A stretch of 64,000 nt of DNA from Mobula hypostoma (Eukaryota). The notes under the pieces were generated by a model, which did no database searches, had not been told where the DNA came from, and was given only the letters and a program-made list of their open reading frames with translations. The DNA lies in the NCBI RefSeq assembly GCF_963921235.1, contig NC_086100.1:200634001-200698000 (forward strand), read 5' to 3'. Made by a program: the position numbers and the translations under genes. Shown in pieces: positions 47,216 to 60,104 of this stretch; position 1 is the first letter of the stretch; every line of letters starts with the position of its first letter.

Positions 47216-47907
47216 TTTGAAGACAGAAAATGTCACACCACTTTTTAAAAAGGATGTAGGCAAAAGACGGGCAACTTAACTTAACATCTGTGGTTGGGAA
47301 AATGCTTGAAGCTGTCATGAAGGAAGAAATAGTGAAACATTTAGCAAGGAGTGGTTCCATTAGACAGACGCAGCATGGGTTCAGAAAGGGCAGGTCCTGT
47401 TTGACAAACTTACCGGAGTTCTTTGAGGACATAATGAGTGCAGTGGATAGAGGGGAACAGGTGGATGTCATATACTTGGATTTCCAGAAGGCGTTCGATA
47501 AGGTGCTGCACAAGAGACTTACAAATAAGATACAAACGCATAGAGTCGGAGGAAGTGTAATGGCATGAATAGTGGATTGGTTAACCAATAAAATGCAGAG
47601 AGTTGGTATAAATAGGTGTTTTTGCAGTTGACGTTCAATGGTGAGTGGGGTGCTGCAGGGGTCGGTGCTGGGCCCACAGCTGTTTACCATTTGTATTAAT
47701 GATTTGGAAGAGGGGACTGTCTGTAGTGTAGTAAAATTTGCTGATGACATTAAACTGAGTGGAAAAGCAAATTGTACAGAGGATGTTGAGAGTCTGCAAA
47801 GGGATATAGGTAGGTTCAGTGAGCGGGCCAAGGTCTGACAGATGGAATAAAACGTTGGTAAATGCGAGATCATCCACTTTGGAAGGAATAACAGAAGAGC
47901 AGATTAT

Positions 47908-48595
47908 TAGATTAGATTATGGGAACACTCAGTCCTCTTTTATCGTCATTTAGAAATGCATACATGCATTAAGAAATGATACAATGTTTCTCCGGAGTGA
48001 TGTCACAGAAAACAAGACAGACCAAAGACTAACACTGACAGAACCACATAATTATAACATATAGTTACAGCAGTGCAAAGCAATACCATAATTTGATAAA
48101 GAACAGACCATAGGCACAGTAAAAAGCAGTCTCAAAGTCCCGAGTCGATCGACTCCCGAGTCCCCGATAGCAGGCAGCAAAAGGTAGAAACTCCCCGCCA
48201 TAAACCTCCAGGCACCGTCAACTTGCCGATACCTTGGAAGCAGCCGACCACAGCTGAGACTGAGTCCATCCGTCCGAAAACTACGAGCTTCCGAACAGCC
48301 TCTCCGATACAGCCTCCCAAGCGCCATCCTCTGCCGAGCGCCTTCGACCTCGCCCCGGCCGCTGAAACATGCAAAACCAAGGATTTCGGGGCCTTCAGCT
48401 CCAGAGATTCCGGTTACCACACAGTAGCAGCGGTAGCAAAGCAGGCATTTAAGAAGTTTTCCAGATGTTCTGCTGTGCTCTCACGTCTGTCTCCATCAAA
48501 TCAGGATTGTGCACGGTCCCCTACTTGACAAATAACAGATATTCATCACCGAAGGGGCCGCGTGCTGTCGTTGCGCCGCCATCTCCTTCCCCCCT
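47908..48595 (-). mobile_element. Short non-autonomous LINE-like element
   Basis: CpG-rich 5' end AGATGGCGGCG, (TCTAA)n tail, no RT. Confidence 0.55.
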
Positions 48596-49347
48596 TGTTA
48601 CACCACAGGCTCTCTAATCCAGGCAGCTTCCTGGTAAACCTCTTCTGTGCCCTCTCCAAAGCCTCGACATTCTTTCTATAATGGGGCGATCAGAACTGTT
48701 TGCAATACTCCAGTTGTGGCCTAACCAGAGATTTATAAAGTTGCAACATGACTTTATGACTTTTGAACTCAATGCCTTAATTAATAAAGACGAGCATGCC
48801 ATAATTCTTATTAACCACCCTACCAACCTGTGCAGCCACTTTCAGGAAGCTTTGAATTTCAACTCCAAGATCCCTTTGCTGGTCAACACTGTTAAGGATC
48901 ATGCTCTAACTGTGTTCTCTTTCTCCGCATTAGACCTCCTGTGATGCAATACTTCACATTTAACTAGGTCTGCTGTTTTTTGCAGATATCTGCAACAGAT
49001 TGTATTCTTTGCCAGTCTTCTACGCTGTCCCCAACACCACCAATCTTCATATCATCTTCAAACTTGTGTAGGAGGGAAGGGTTATATTGATGTTAGAGTA
49101 AGTTAAAATGTTGGCACAGCATGGTGGTCTGAAGGGCCTGTCCATTCTGTAATATTCCCTGTTCTATCTGAATTTCAGCACCATTGACGTGGACAGGAGC
49201 ATTGCACCCCACCACTTCCTGAAGTCAATGACCAGCTCGTTAGCTTTGCTGGCATTGAGGGAAAGGTTATTGTCATTACATCATGACACTCCTTCCTCTA
49301 CTCCAGACAGAGATTCTTTGAGTTACGGTCCACTACGATAGTGTCAT

Positions 49348-50021
49348 CTGCAAACTTGTAGATGGAGTCAGAGAAGTACCTGGTCATGCAGTTGTGAACA
49401 TACAGGGAGTAGAGCAGGGGGCTGACGACGCAGCCCTACGGGGCACCAGTGTTGACGATAATCATGACGAAGGCTTTGTTGCCTATCCTTACTGATTGCG
49501 GTCTGTTGACCAGGAAGTCAAGGATCCTCCACTAAAAGACTTTGTGAGTGATATCCTGGGAATGACCTTGACAAGTTTAGAACTCTGTTATGCTTCGAAT
49601 GTTGATAACAACATAGTTGTACTAAACCTTGTTTTAGTGCAGGGGGTTCCCAAGCTTTTTCTATGCCATAGACCCCCTATCACTAACCAAGGGGTGTGTG
49701 GATCCCAAGTTCGGAAGCCGTAGAAACATAGAAACAGAACACCTACAGGTCAATACAGGCCCTTCGGTCCACAAAGCTGTGCCGAACATATCCCTTAGAA
49801 ATTACTAGGGTTACCCATAGCCCTCTATTTTTTTAAGCTCCATGTACCTACCAAAAGTCTCTTAAAAGACCCTTTCGTATTCGTCTCCACCACTGTTGCC
49901 AGCAGCCCATTCCATGCACTCATCACTCTGTGTAAAAAACTTACCCCTGACATCTCCTCTGTACCTATTCCGCAGCACATTAAACCTGTGTCCTCTTGTA
50001 GCAACCATTTCAGACCTGGGA
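49348..50021. repeat. Direct duplication, copy 1
   Basis: Collinear with 57763-58443. Confidence 0.93.
49640..49720. mobile_element. hAT/Charlie-like MITE remnant (second copy at ~58056-58138)
   Basis: CAGGGG(G)TTCCCAA...GGTTGGGAA TIR-like ends. Confidence 0.55.
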
Positions 50022-50423
50022 CAGTGGAATGATGTAATGGTCTTCTGAGTGGGATGATGTAATTGTGTCATGACCGTGGGATGATGTAATTGTCTCACGA
50101 CCGTGGGGTGATGTGATGTCACGTGATGTCATGGTATAAAAGGAAGCCGCCAAAGTGTGGCACAGTTTTTACTTTTTATTTTAAGGTGCAAACACGTTTA
50201 TTGCCAGGAGTTTCACTAATCGCTGCCAGATTTTGTTTGTTGCACAGTTGTTTTACTCTTACAGTCTAGTATTGGACAGTGAAGATCTTACCGATGTACG
50301 GGAACCTAAAGGATTGGGTAAAGTTAACGATGTTCGGCGTTTTGGAAGTGATCGACTGTTTGGAATCGGAATCGTCCGGGAAATTGTGACCTGCACGTTT
50401 GTGTTAAACCCCTTCAAGGTCAG

Positions 50424-51523
50424 ACCTCAGTCAGCTCGGATTGGAAGCAGCATCTCCAACACCATCACACTGAGCACGGGGGCCTCCCAGGGCTGTGTTC
50501 TCAGTCCACTGCTGTTCACTCTGCTGACCCACAACTGTGCTGCAACACACAGCTCGAACCACATCATCAAGTTCGCCAATGACACAACCGTGGTGGGTCT
50601 CATCAGCAAGAATGATGAGTCAGCATACAGGGAGGAGGTGCAGCGGCTAACGGACTGGTGCAGAGCCAACAAACTGTCTCTGAATGTAAACAAAACAAAA
50701 TAGATGGTTGTTGACTTCAGGAAGACACGGAGCGACTACTCTCCGTTGAACATCAATGACTCCTCCATAGAGATGGTTAAGAGCACCAAGTTTCTTGCTG
50801 TTCACCTGGTGGAGAATCACACCTGGTCTCTCAACACCAGCTCCATAGCAAAGAAAGCCCAGCAGCGTCTCTACTTTCTGCAAAGGCTGAGAAAAGTCCG
50901 TCTCCCACCCCCCATCCTCACCACATTCTACAGAGGTTGTATTGAGAGCATCCTGAGCAGCTGTATCACTGCCTGGTTCGGAAATTGCACCATCTCGGAT
51001 CGCAAGACCCTGCAGCGGATAGTGAGGTCAGCTGAGAAGATCATTGGGGTCTCTCTTCCCGCCATTACAGACATTTACACCACACGCTGCATCCATAAAG
51101 CAAACAGCATTATGAAGGACCCCACGTACCCCTCATACAAACTCTTCTCCCTCCTGCCATCTGGCAAAAGGTACCAAAGCATTCGGGCTCTCACGACCAG
51201 ACTATGTAAAGTTTCTTCCCCCAAGCCATCAGACTCCTCAATACCCAGAGCCTGGACTGACACCAACCTACTGCCCTCTACTGTGCCTATTGTCTTGTTT
51301 ATTATTTATTGTAATGCCTGCACTGTTTTGTGCACTTTATGCAGTCCTGGGTAGGTCTGTAGTCTAGTGTAGTTTTTGTGTTGTTTTTACGTAGTTCAGT
51401 GTAGTTTTTGTATTGTTTCATGTAGCACCATGGCCCTGGAAAATGTCGTCTCATTTTTACTGTGTACTGTATCAGCAGTTATGGTTGAAATGATGATAAA
51501 AAGTGACTTGACTTGAATTGACT
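50424..51523 (+). mobile_element. 5'-truncated Rex/Babar-like LINE inside the Gmr1 5' LTR
   Basis: [36 protein letters not shown]; (GACTT)n tail; absent from the 3' LTR. Confidence 0.9.
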
Positions 51524-54500
51524 GGATGGTTTGTGCAGTACCCACCCTCCAGCCAAAAGGTAATTTACTTTATAACTTCATGTCTTCTTGATTGCTTTGG
51601 ACAAGTCATCGCTCAACTGTGATCAACAGATTTGTCATTTTCTTCAGAGGAATTGTTGCTGCCGTAAAGTCTCTCCTTAAAGACTGTTAAAAACCACTAA
51701 GACTTTTCAACATTCTACTTTAAGACTGTGTTCGAATTTACCACTTTAAGAACTATTTCTAAGTTCAACTATTTGTTTGATATAGCCACATAACAGTTAA
51801 CTTCCGGTTAAGCTAGTATGTTTACTTTTCTATGTTTTTGAGTAGAGTTTAATAAATATCGTTGTTTGTTTATAAAACCTGTCTCAATTTCATATCCATT
51901 GTTGCTGGACATGTGACAAAAGTGGGGGATCATCCTGATCTGTTCCAATTTTGAGCTTAATTACTTGTTTAATTATTGATCTGATTTGGAAAAGGGATTT
52001 ACTCAATTTTTTTTTGTTTGATTGGTTTGTGTGTGGTAATCAGCAGCAATGGATATTGACAACTTTCTGGCATTGCCAGACCCAGTGGTATTAGCAAAAG
52101 CAAGAAAGGGTGAGGTGATGGAAATTGCTGAAGCACTAAATTTTACTGGGATATTGGCGAATGTGACAAAGTCAATGATTCAGAGAAAATCACTGAATGT
52201 TATATCACTGCGAAGTTGTTTGATGAAGAAGTGTTAGATAAGCTTCCAATAAGTAAACTAGAGATGCAGTTACAAATAGAACAAGTAAAGTTAGAATTAT
52301 TTAAAGCTGAGTTGGCAGAAAGAGAAGCAAATAAACAAAGGGAATTTGAAGCTAGTGAAGAAAATAAAGATAATTTGAAGTTAGAAAAGCAGATAAAAGG
52401 AGGGAATATGAGCTAGCGATAGCAAAATTAAGGTCTGAGAATCAGTCCTCTGGTTCTAGGAAACCGTTTGTTGCTAGTCAGGAAGTTAAATTGGCTCCTC
52501 CATTTAACGAGGCAGAAGTTGATAAATACTTCCAGCATTTTGAGACAGTTGCTCGATTTCAGAGTGGCCGAAAGAAAAATGGCCAGTGCTGTTACAAAGT
52601 GTAATTAAAGGTAAAGCACAACAAGTTTATACAGCTTTAACTGCTGAACACGCACTTGATTATGATATTGTGAAGCAGACATATGCTGAAAGTGTATGAA
52701 CTGGTTCTGGAAGCTTATAGAGAAAGATTTAGAAATTTGAAGAAATCTAAGGACCAAACTTATGTGGAATTTGCTTATGATAATTCTATGTTTTGAGTGA
52801 TGGGTTACCTCTAAAAATGTGAATGGGGAGTATGATACCTTGAAAGAGTTGATTTTAATGGAAGAATTTAAAAGGTGCATCCCTTTGACGTAAAGACATA
52901 CTTGAATGAGAGGGTCACTGCTACATTGCAGGAATCTGCTAAATTAGCAGATGAGTATGCTTTAATCCATAAGAGTAAATTTCCTCCAGGTAGAGCTTTT
53001 AAGAAAAAAATTAGCATGGATAGTCAGGGTAAACCAGAAATTAAATCTGAAGTTAGTGAGAAAGGTGAGGAGGAAGGGAAATAAGTGAAGGAAAGAGCTT
53101 TTGGTCCTAATTGTAATTATTGCAGGAAACCTGGTCATGAAATAGCTAACTGTTTCTGACTGAATAAGAAGGAGAAGGAGGCAGTCCCAGATGCCTGTGT
53201 GCAACATATTGAAACACCTGTAAATTCACAGGGTTCAAGAAATTCAAATGAAGCTTTGTCATGGTCTGACCAAGTTAAGAGGGGTTATGATCATTTTATA
53301 ACCGAGGGGTTTTTATCCTTGAAGGAAGGGTCTACTCCAGTGCCAATAAAAATTCTTAGGGATACTGGAGTGTCTCAATCACTTATATTAGACAGTGTTC
53401 TAAAGTTTAGTGATGAGTCTGACATTGGTGAGGTAAAGTATATGTGAGGTGTTGGGAGTGCCCTTATGCCTGTACATCTGCATAGAGTAATTTTAAGGTC
53501 AGGGTTAGTTTCAGGACCTGTTAAAGTAGGACTACAACCCAGTTTACCCATGAATAATGTTTCTCTATTGTTAGGGAATGACCTAGCAGATGGACAAGTT
53601 TTTCCTGAAGTGCATTTGACAGTTAAGCCCATCTCTGTTGAATCAAAGATGGATTCTAACATGGATTCCTCCTGTGTTGTAACCTGAGCTATGGCCAAAA
53701 GTTTGCTGATGTGGATGGGCCTGCTACACATGACCGTTCAATTTGGTACTCAAATTTTGATGATGTGTCAGAAACTTTCTTAGCGTCATTGTTTGATCAA
53801 GATTCTTGTAGTAAGTCTGACCATGAAGATTTTTCTCTGTCTCAGAAGGAAATTATAGCAGAGCAGAGTAGAGACCCTGAGATTGTCAAATTAAAAGAAC
53901 AAGCTCTTCCAGTTACTGAAATTGAGAGGGTGCAATTAGGATATTATTTTAAGAGTGGAGTGTTAATGTAGAAGTGAAGATCAACTACAAATCCTGCAAG
54001 TGAGGAATGGGTGGTTGTTCACCAGGTAGTAAGTTCCTAAAGTTTACAGAAATTAGATTTTTACTTTGGCTCATAGTATGCCCTTGGGTGGCCATCAAGG
54101 TGAAGAAAACCGTGAACAAGGTTTTTAAACATTTTTACTGGCCTGATTTAAGGAAAGATGTGGTGACATTTTGTCAAACTTGTCACACTTGTCAGGTTGT
54201 GGATAAACCTAATCAAGTTACTCCAGTGGCTCCACTGCAACCTATTCCTGCATTTGGTGAACCGTTTTCAAAAATTATTGTAGATTATTGAGGCCCATTG
54301 CCAAAAACTAAAGCTAGCCACTAATATTTGCTGACTATCATATGTACCGCATCTAGGTTTCCAGAGGCAATACCTCTGAGGAATATAATGGCTAAAACGG
54401 TAATAAAGGCTCTTATAAAATTCTTTACTTATTTTGGATTGCCTAAGGAGATCCAATCTGATCAAGGTAGTAATTTATGTCTGGATTGTTCCAGCAGATC

Positions 54501-57431
54501 GTTCATAAGCTGGGAGCCAAACAGATTACATCGTCTGCGTATCATCCCGAATCACAAGGGGCCTTAGAGAGGTTCCATTCTACCCTTAAAACCATGATTA
54601 GGGTGTTTTGTGTTGAAAATGAGAAGGATTGGGATGAGGGCACTCACTTACTTTTGTTTGCTGTAAGGGAGTCAGTGCAGGACTCCCTAGGTTTTAGTCC
54701 TTTTAAACTTGTGTTTGGGCACAGAGTTCGAGGAACTTTGACATTGTTAAAGGAACAGTGGATTAACAAAGAAGTACATACTAATTTGCTGGATTGTGTT
54801 TTAAAATTTAAGGAAAGATTACAAAAAGCTTGTAGCTTAGCAAGGGAAAATTTAAAATCTGCTCAGGAGAAAATTAAAACTTGGTATGACAAGGAAGCTG
54901 GAATGAGGTCATTTAAGCCTGGAGATAAGGTGTTGATTCTTTTCCTGGTGCAAACGAACCCATTACAAGCTATATTTCATGGTCCTTATGAGATTATATC
55001 TAAAGTTAATGATGTAGATTATGTGGTAAAAACACCAGATCGAAGAAAACCAATGCAGCTTTGTCATATAAATATGATAAAACCATATTGTGAGAAATAG
55101 TCTGCTACTATGACTGTTGTGGTCAATAATAATGAGCCTGATCCTTCTGGGAATTCATCTGAAACTCATTTAAAATCAAATATTATTTCTGCCAGATTAC
55201 CAATCTCGACAATTCTGGAAAATATTGATGAGAAATTGTCTCATTTACAGCCAGAGCAGAGGCAGCAGATGAAGCAGTTAATTTTTAAATATAGGGATTT
55301 ATTTCCAACGTTACTAAAAGAACCACAGTAGCTTCACATAATGTAGATGTTGGAGATGCCAAACCCATAAAGCACCATCTATATCGGATGAACATGGAAA
55401 AATGTGCACTTGCGTAACAAGAAATTAAGTATATGTTAGAGAATAATATTATTAGACCTTCTACTTCGAATTGGAGTTCAGCTTGAGTCATGGTACCTAA
55501 ACCAGATGGTAGTATTCTGTTTTGTACTGATTGCAGGAAGGTGAATGCTGTAATAAAAACAGATGTGTATCGAATACCTGGGGTAGATGATTGTGTGGAC
55601 AAAGTTGGAAAAGCAAAGTTCCTTACAAAGATTGATTTGTTAAAAGGATGTTCCACTGACAAATAGAGGTAGAGAGATTTCTGCATTTGTAACCCCATCT
55701 GGGTTATATGAATATAATGTTCTACCGTTTGGAATGAAGAATGCACTGGGAACTTTCCAGAGAATTATTAATTCTGTGATTCATAGGTTAAAAGATACAG
55801 ATGCCTATATTGATGATTTAGTTACAGGAAATGATTCTTGGAAAACACATATTACTGCAGTGGAGAAACTATTTGAGAGGCTTTCAAAAGCTAACCTAAC
55901 TATTAACTTAGCTAAAAGTGAACTTGGTCATGCCACAGTGACCTACCTTGGTTATGTTGTGGGTCAAGGTCGATTAGCTCCTGTTCAGGCAAAAGTACAA
56001 GCAGTTTTAGAAGTACCCACTCCAAATGGTAAAAATACTCTCAGAAGATTCTTGGGAATGGCAGGATATTACCAAAAATTTTGTAAGAATTGTGCTGACT
56101 AAGCCCTTCCATTAACAAACCACTTGAAGAAAGGTGAAAAGTTTGTGTGGACAGTGCTTTGTAAAGGAGCATTTGATAAATTGAAATCTATGCTATATCA
56201 TCAACCTGTGCTCAGAAAAACCATTTTCATTAGCTGTGGATGCCAGTGATGAGGCTGCAGGAGCAGTGTTACTCCAAAGGGATGGCGGTGATGAGGTTGA
56301 ACATCCAGTAGCTTACTTTTCTAAGAAATTTAATGAACATCAAAGAAATTATTCAACCATAGAAAAGGAATTATTATCTCTTGTTTTGGCTTTACATCAT
56401 TTTGATGTGAATGTTGGTGTAACTCAGAAACCACTCATTTTTTATACCGATCATAATCCATTAGTATTTTTGAGTAAGATGAAAAACAAAAATAGAAGGT
56501 TACTGAATTGGAGTTTGATATCACAGGAATATAATATTTTGATAACTCATATTAAAGGCAAAGATAATGTGATTGCCAACTGTCTGTCCCGATGTTGAAT
56601 TTACAATGTTTAATTTTGAGTGGAATTTTAATATTTGTAACACCCCGAATGTATATTAGTTTGTAAGGTGCTGTATGATAATTCTATGTATATTGTGTAT
56701 GTTGTAGATTTTGTACATTCGTATATTTTTTTGTAAATAATTGTTAAAATTTTGCTCATGGTAGACCAAAATTTTCCCTTTTTTGGGGGGAGGTGTTACA
56801 TGCCCACAGTTTGATCACGGAACAGTGGGATGATGTAATTGTCTCATGACCATGGGATGATATAATGTCATGTGATGTTATGGTATAAAAGGAAGCCCAC
56901 CAAAGTGTGACACAGTTTTTACTTTTTATTTTAAGGTGCAAACACGTTTGTTGCCGGGAGTTTCACTAATCGCTGCCAGATTTTGTTTGTTGCACATTTG
57001 TTTTACTTTCACAGTCTAGTATTGGAGAGTGAAGACCTTACCAATGTACGGGAACCCAAAGGGTTGGTAAAGTTACCAACGTTCGGTGTTTTGGAAGTGA
57101 TCGACTGTTTGGAATCGGAATTGTCAGGGAAATTGTGGCATGCACATTTGAGTTAAACCCCGGAAAGGTCAGGATGGTTTGTGCAGTGCCCACCCTCCAG
57201 CCAAAAGGTCAGTTACTTTATGACTTCATGTGTTCGTGATTTCTTTGGACAAGGCATTGCTCAACTGTGATCAACAGATTCATCATTTTCTTCAGAGGAA
57301 TTGTTACTGCCGTAAAGTCTCTCCTTAAAGACTATAAAAATCACTAGGACTTTTCGGCTTTCTACTTTAAGACTGTGTTCGAATTTACCACTTTAAGAAC
57401 TATTTCTAAGTTCAACTGTTTGTTCGATATA

Positions 57432-57624
57432 TACAGTTGAGGCCAGTTCATTGGCTATATTTAAGAGGGAGTTAGATATGGCCCTTGTGGCTACGGGGGT
57501 CAGGGGGTATGGAGGGAAGGCTGGGGCGGGGTTCTGAGTTGGATGATCAGCCATGATCATAATAAATGGCAGTGCAGGCTCGAAGGGCCGAATGGCCTAC
57601 TCCTGCACCTATTTTCTATGTTTC
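57432..57624 (+). mobile_element. CR1 3' end inside the Gmr1 3' LTR
   Basis: Nearly identical to 25372-25570; TATA duplication; absent from the 5' LTR. Confidence 0.9.
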
Positions 57625-57762
57625 TATAGCCGCATAATGGTTAACTTCCAGTTAAGCTAGTTCATTTACTTTTCTATGTTTTTAAATAGAGTTTAATAAA
57701 TATTGTTGTTTGTTTATAAAACCTGCCTCAATTTCATATCCATTGTTGCTGGACACGTGACA

Positions 57763-58443
57763 CTGCAAACTTGTAGATGGAGTTGGAGAAGTACCTGGTC
57801 ATGCAGTTGTGAACGTACAGGAAGTAGAGCAGGGGGCTGAGGACACAGCCCTACGGGGCACCACTGTTGACGATAATCATGGCGGAGGCTTTGTTGCCTT
57901 ATCCTTACTGATTGCGGTCTGTTGACAAGGAAGTCAAGGACCACCACTAAAAGACTTTGTGAGTGATATCCTGGGAATGATCTTGACAAGTTCAGAACTC
58001 CGATTATGCTTTGAATGTTAATAACAACATAGTTGTACTAAACCTTGGTTTAGTGCAGGTGGTTCCCAAGCTTTTTTTAATGCCATAGACCCCCTACCAC
58101 TAACCAAGGGGTGTGTGGATCCCAGGTTGGGAAGCCGTAGAAACATAGAAACAGAACACCTACAGCTGAATACAGGCCCTTCGGCCCACAAAGTTGTGCC
58201 GAACATGTCCCTATCTTAGAAATTACTAGGGTTACCCATAGCCCTCTTTTTTTTTAAGCTCCATGTACCTACCAAAAGTCTCTTAAAAGACCCTATCGTA
58301 TTCGCCTCCACCACCGTTACCAGCAGCCCATTCCATGCACTCATCACTCTGTGTAAAAAAACTTAACCCTGACATCTCCTCTGTACCTACTCCCCAGCAC
58401 ATTAAACCTGTCCCCTCTTGTGGCAGCCATTTCAGCCCTGGGA
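57763..58443. repeat. Direct duplication, copy 2
   Basis: Collinear with 49348-50021; starts immediately after the LTR terminal CA. Confidence 0.93.
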
Positions 58444-59075
58444 AAAAGCCTCTGACTATCCACATGATCAATGCCTCTCATCATCTTATACACCTCTATC
58501 GGGTCACCTCTCAACCTCCGTCACTCCAAGGAGAAAAGGTCGATTTCACTCAACCTGTCTTCATTATGCATGCTCCCCAATCCAGGCAACATCCTTGTAA
58601 ATCTCCTCTGCATCCTTTCTATGGCTTCCACATCCTTCCTGTAGTGAGTTTACCAAAACTGAGCACAGTACTCCAAATGGGGTCTGACCAGGGTCCTATA
58701 TAGCTGCAACATTACCTCTTGACTCCTAAATTCAATTCCACTATTGATGAAGGCCAATACACCGTATTCCTTCTTAACCACAGAGTCAACCTGCGCAGCT
58801 GTTTTGAGCGTCCTATGGACTCGGACCCCAAGATCCCTCTGATCCTCCACACTGCAAAGAGTCTTATCATTAATACCATATTCTGCCATCATATTTGACC
58901 TACCAAAATTAACCACTTCACACTTATCTGGGTTGAACTCCATCTGCCACTTCTCAGCCCAGTTTTGCATCCTATCAATGTCTCACTGTAACCTCTGACA
59001 GCCCTCCGGACTATCCACAACACCCCCAACATTTGTGTCATCAGCAAACTTACGAACCCATCCCTCCACTTCCTT
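58139..59075 (-). mobile_element. 5'-truncated CR1
   Basis: WAEKWQMEFNPDKC, HLEYCAQFW. Confidence 0.88.
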
Positions 59076-59379
59076 GTTTCAGAGTGTTTGCTCGGCACTT
59101 CAGTTGATGCCTTATAGAGGCAATGGGATCAACATGATGGTGTTCCTGGGTAGATGAGTTCCTCTGTGTCCAAATCACAAAGGTATGCTGAAAGACCGTC
59201 ATAAAGGAAGCAGATTGGTTCAGGTGCAAGGGTGAACTCTGCAAGTCAGCCTTGGGTTGTTCAGCACACACTCTGTGACTGATTGGGGGGGGGCATGGAG
59301 GGAACTTTGTGAGGGGTGATGGTCACGAATCACGATGTCCCCTGAACTGACAAGCCCCTGCCCCTGGTTGCTTTGGATG

Positions 59380-59920
59380 GGATCCAGAAACTGGATGAAG
59401 TAGTCAACATTGGCTTGGCAGGAGAAGCCAGAGAATGGTAGTAGGTTGTTGCCTCTGACCTGTGACGGTCTACTTCCAATGATCTGTTATGTGACAAGTG
59501 GACTGCTGCAGGGATCAGTGTTGAGTCTGTTGATGTTTGTCATCCATATCAATGATCTGAGTAATACCCTGGTAAACTCATCAGCAAATTTGTGATGACA
59601 CCAAGATTGGAGACATTGAAGAAGACCATCAAAAGCTTCCAGCATGATCATGACCAGCTGGAAAGATGGGCTGGGAAGAGGCAGATAGAGTTTAATGCAG
59701 ACAAATGTGAGGTGTTCCACTTTGGGACGACAAACCAAGGTAGGATTTACACAGTGAATGTTAGGGCTCTGAGGTGTGCAGTAGAACAGACAGAGACCCA
59801 GGTGTACAGATCTATAATTGCTTGTTAGGGTTAGATAGGGCTATAAAGAGCTTTTGGCACAATGGCCTTCATAAACCAGAGCACTGTGGCATGTTATGTT
59901 GAAGTTGTATAAGACATTGG
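59380..59920 (+). mobile_element. Old CR1 RT fragment
   Basis: VTSGLLQGSVL, EFNADKCEV. Confidence 0.7.
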
Positions 59921-60104
59921 GCATAAAGTCACGGAAAAAAAAACACACAGAGAAAGGCACAGACCCCTCTGGTCTGTGTCAATCGATTCAAACGGCCTAT
60001 TTCCAGTGACCTGCCCCTGGACCATAGCCCTCTATACCCCTACCATCCATGTACCTGTCCAAACTTCTATTAAATGCTGAAATTGAGCTTGTTTGCACCA
60101 TTTA

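Larger units (their letters stand above)
35765..47910 (+). mobile_element. CR1 host of the nest (pieces 35765-36813, 45489-45627, 46787-47910)
   Basis: APE and RT segments are collinear once the inserts are removed. Confidence 0.88.
50018..57762 (+). mobile_element. Gmr1-clade Gypsy element, gag-PR-IN-RT-RH order, degenerate
   Basis: 5' LTR ~50018-51918 (start missing), 3' LTR 56794-57762, Pro-like PBS 51923-51939, PPT GGGGGGAGG. IN (54007-55100) precedes RT (YIDDL, 55734-56102) and RH (DAS, TDHNPL, 56236-56598). Confidence 0.94.
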
